The notes beneath the pieces are model-generated. The model had not been told where the DNA came from and ran no database searches. It saw only the letters and a program-made list of their open reading frames with translations. Positions 62,428 to 64,000 of a stretch of 64,000 nucleotides of DNA are shown piece by piece. The first letter of the stretch is position 1, and each line of letters begins with the position of its first letter. This DNA comes from Mobula hypostoma (lineage: Eukaryota), in contig NC_086097.1 of NCBI RefSeq assembly GCF_963921235.1, positions 251,536,001 through 251,600,000 on the forward strand, given 5' to 3'. Position numbers and translations under genes: made by a program.

Positions 62428-64000
62428 CATAGAAACATAGAAAATCTACAGTACATTACAGGCCCTTCAGCCCATAAAGCTGTGCCAAACATGTTCTTAC
62501 CTTAGAATTTGGCCGAGGGTTACCCAAAGCCCTCTATTTTCCTGAGCTCCAGGTACCTGTCCAGGCGTCTCTTAAAAGACCCTATCGTATCCACCTCCAC
62601 CACCGTTGCCAGCAGCCCATTCCACGCACTCACCACTCTCTGTGTTTTTAAAAGAAAAGAGACAAACAAACAAACTTAACCCTGACATCTCCTTTGTACC
62701 TACTTCCAAGCACCTTAAAACTCTGCCATTTTGTGTTAGCCATTTCAGCCCTGGGAAAAAGCCGCTGACTGTCTACACGATCAGTGCCTCTCATCATCTT
62801 ATACACCTCTATCAGGTGACCTCACATCCTCTGTCTCTCCAAAGAGAAAAGACTCAAGTTCACTCAACCTATTCTCATAAGGCATGCACCCCAATCCAGG
62901 CAACATCCTTGTAAATCTCCACTGCATCCTTTCTATGGCTTCCACATCCTTCCTGCAGTGAGGTGATCAGAACAGAACTGAGCACAGTACTCCAAGTGGG
63001 GTCTGACCAGGGTCCAATATAGCTGCAACATTACCTCTCGGCTCCTAAGTTCAATCCCATGATTGATGAAGGACAATGTAACGTATGTCTTCTAAATCAC
63101 AGAGTCAACCTGCACAGCAGCTTTGAGTGTCCTATGGACTCGGACCCCAAGATCCCTCTGATCCTCCACACTTCCAAGAGTCTTACCATTAATACTATAT
63201 TCTGCTATCATATTTGACCTACCAAAATGAACACTTCACACTTATCTGGGTTGAACTCCATCTGCCACTTCTCAGCCCAGTTTTGCATCTTATCAATGTC
63301 CCGCTGTAACCTCTGACAGCCCTCCACACTATCCACAACACCCCCAGCCTCTGTGTCATCAGCAAATTTACTAACCCATCCCTCCACTTCCTCAACCAGG
63401 TCATTTATAAAAATCATGAAGAGTAGGGGTCCCAGAACAGAAGAACAGATCCCTGAGGCACTCCACTGGTCACCGACCTCCATGCAGAATATGACCTGTC
63501 TACAACCACTTCTGTGGGCAAGCCATTTCTGGATTCACAAAGCAATGACCCCTTGGATCCCATGCCTCCTTACTTTCTTAATAAGCTTTGCATGGGGTAC
63601 CTTATCAAATGCCTTGCTGAAATCCATATACACTACATCTACTGCTCAACCATCATCAATGTGTTTAGTCACATCCTCAAAAAATTCAGTCAGGTTCATA
63701 AGGCATGACCTGCCTTTGACAAAGCCATGCTGACTATTCCTAATCATATTATGCCTCTCCAAATGTTTATAAATCCTGCCTCTCGGGATCTTCTCCATGA
63801 ACTTACTAACCATTGAAGTAAGACTCACTGGTCTATAATTTCCTGAGCTATCTGTACTCCCCTTCTTGAATAAAGGAACAACATCTGCAACCCTCCAATC
63901 TTCCAGAACCTCTCCCGTCCCCATTGATGATGCAAAGATCATCATCAGAGGCTCAGCAATCTCCTTCCTTGCCTCCCACAGTAGGCTGGTGTACATCTCG
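62428..64000 (-). mobile_element. CR1 LINE (RT and 3' end), continuing past the window end
   Basis: GNYRPVSLTS...QHGFVKGRSCL.NL, SVLGPLLF...KFADDT; catagaaacatagaa tail. Confidence 0.9.

Noticed and set aside
58592..64000. Next DPY19L4 exon (expected YQIYSKRS-like)
   Set aside because: Not found by eye; the region is almost all TE, so the exon is presumably downstream of the window

Overview
Vertebrate genomic DNA, probably a cartilaginous fish (inferred from abundant CR1, Rex/Babar, Penelope and V-SINE repeats). The window lies inside one + strand gene, a DPY19-family C-mannosyltransferase-like gene best matching DPY19L4. I found 14 consecutive GT-AG coding exons (2439-58591; 1599 nt, 533 codons, compatible phases, no stops). 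The 5' and 3' exons lie outside the window. The introns are mostly retroelement relics (CR1, Rex/Babar, Penelope-like, one young L1-clade insertion, RTE-related elements, V-SINEs), DNA-transposon MITEs, a solo LTR, a 4.7-kb minisatellite and other tandem repeats. The most notable finding is a young 565-bp non-autonomous retroelement (14965-15529, minus strand, 10-bp TSD). Its 5' end folds by eye into an apparently complete HDV-like self-cleaving ribozyme with an extra hairpin in loop L3. Also notable are Penelope-derived fold-back elements with TSDs and hammerhead relics, and tandem repeats built from splice-signal-like motifs. All family and homology calls are by eye and from memory; no searches were run. 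Repeat boundaries are approximate unless a TSD is given.
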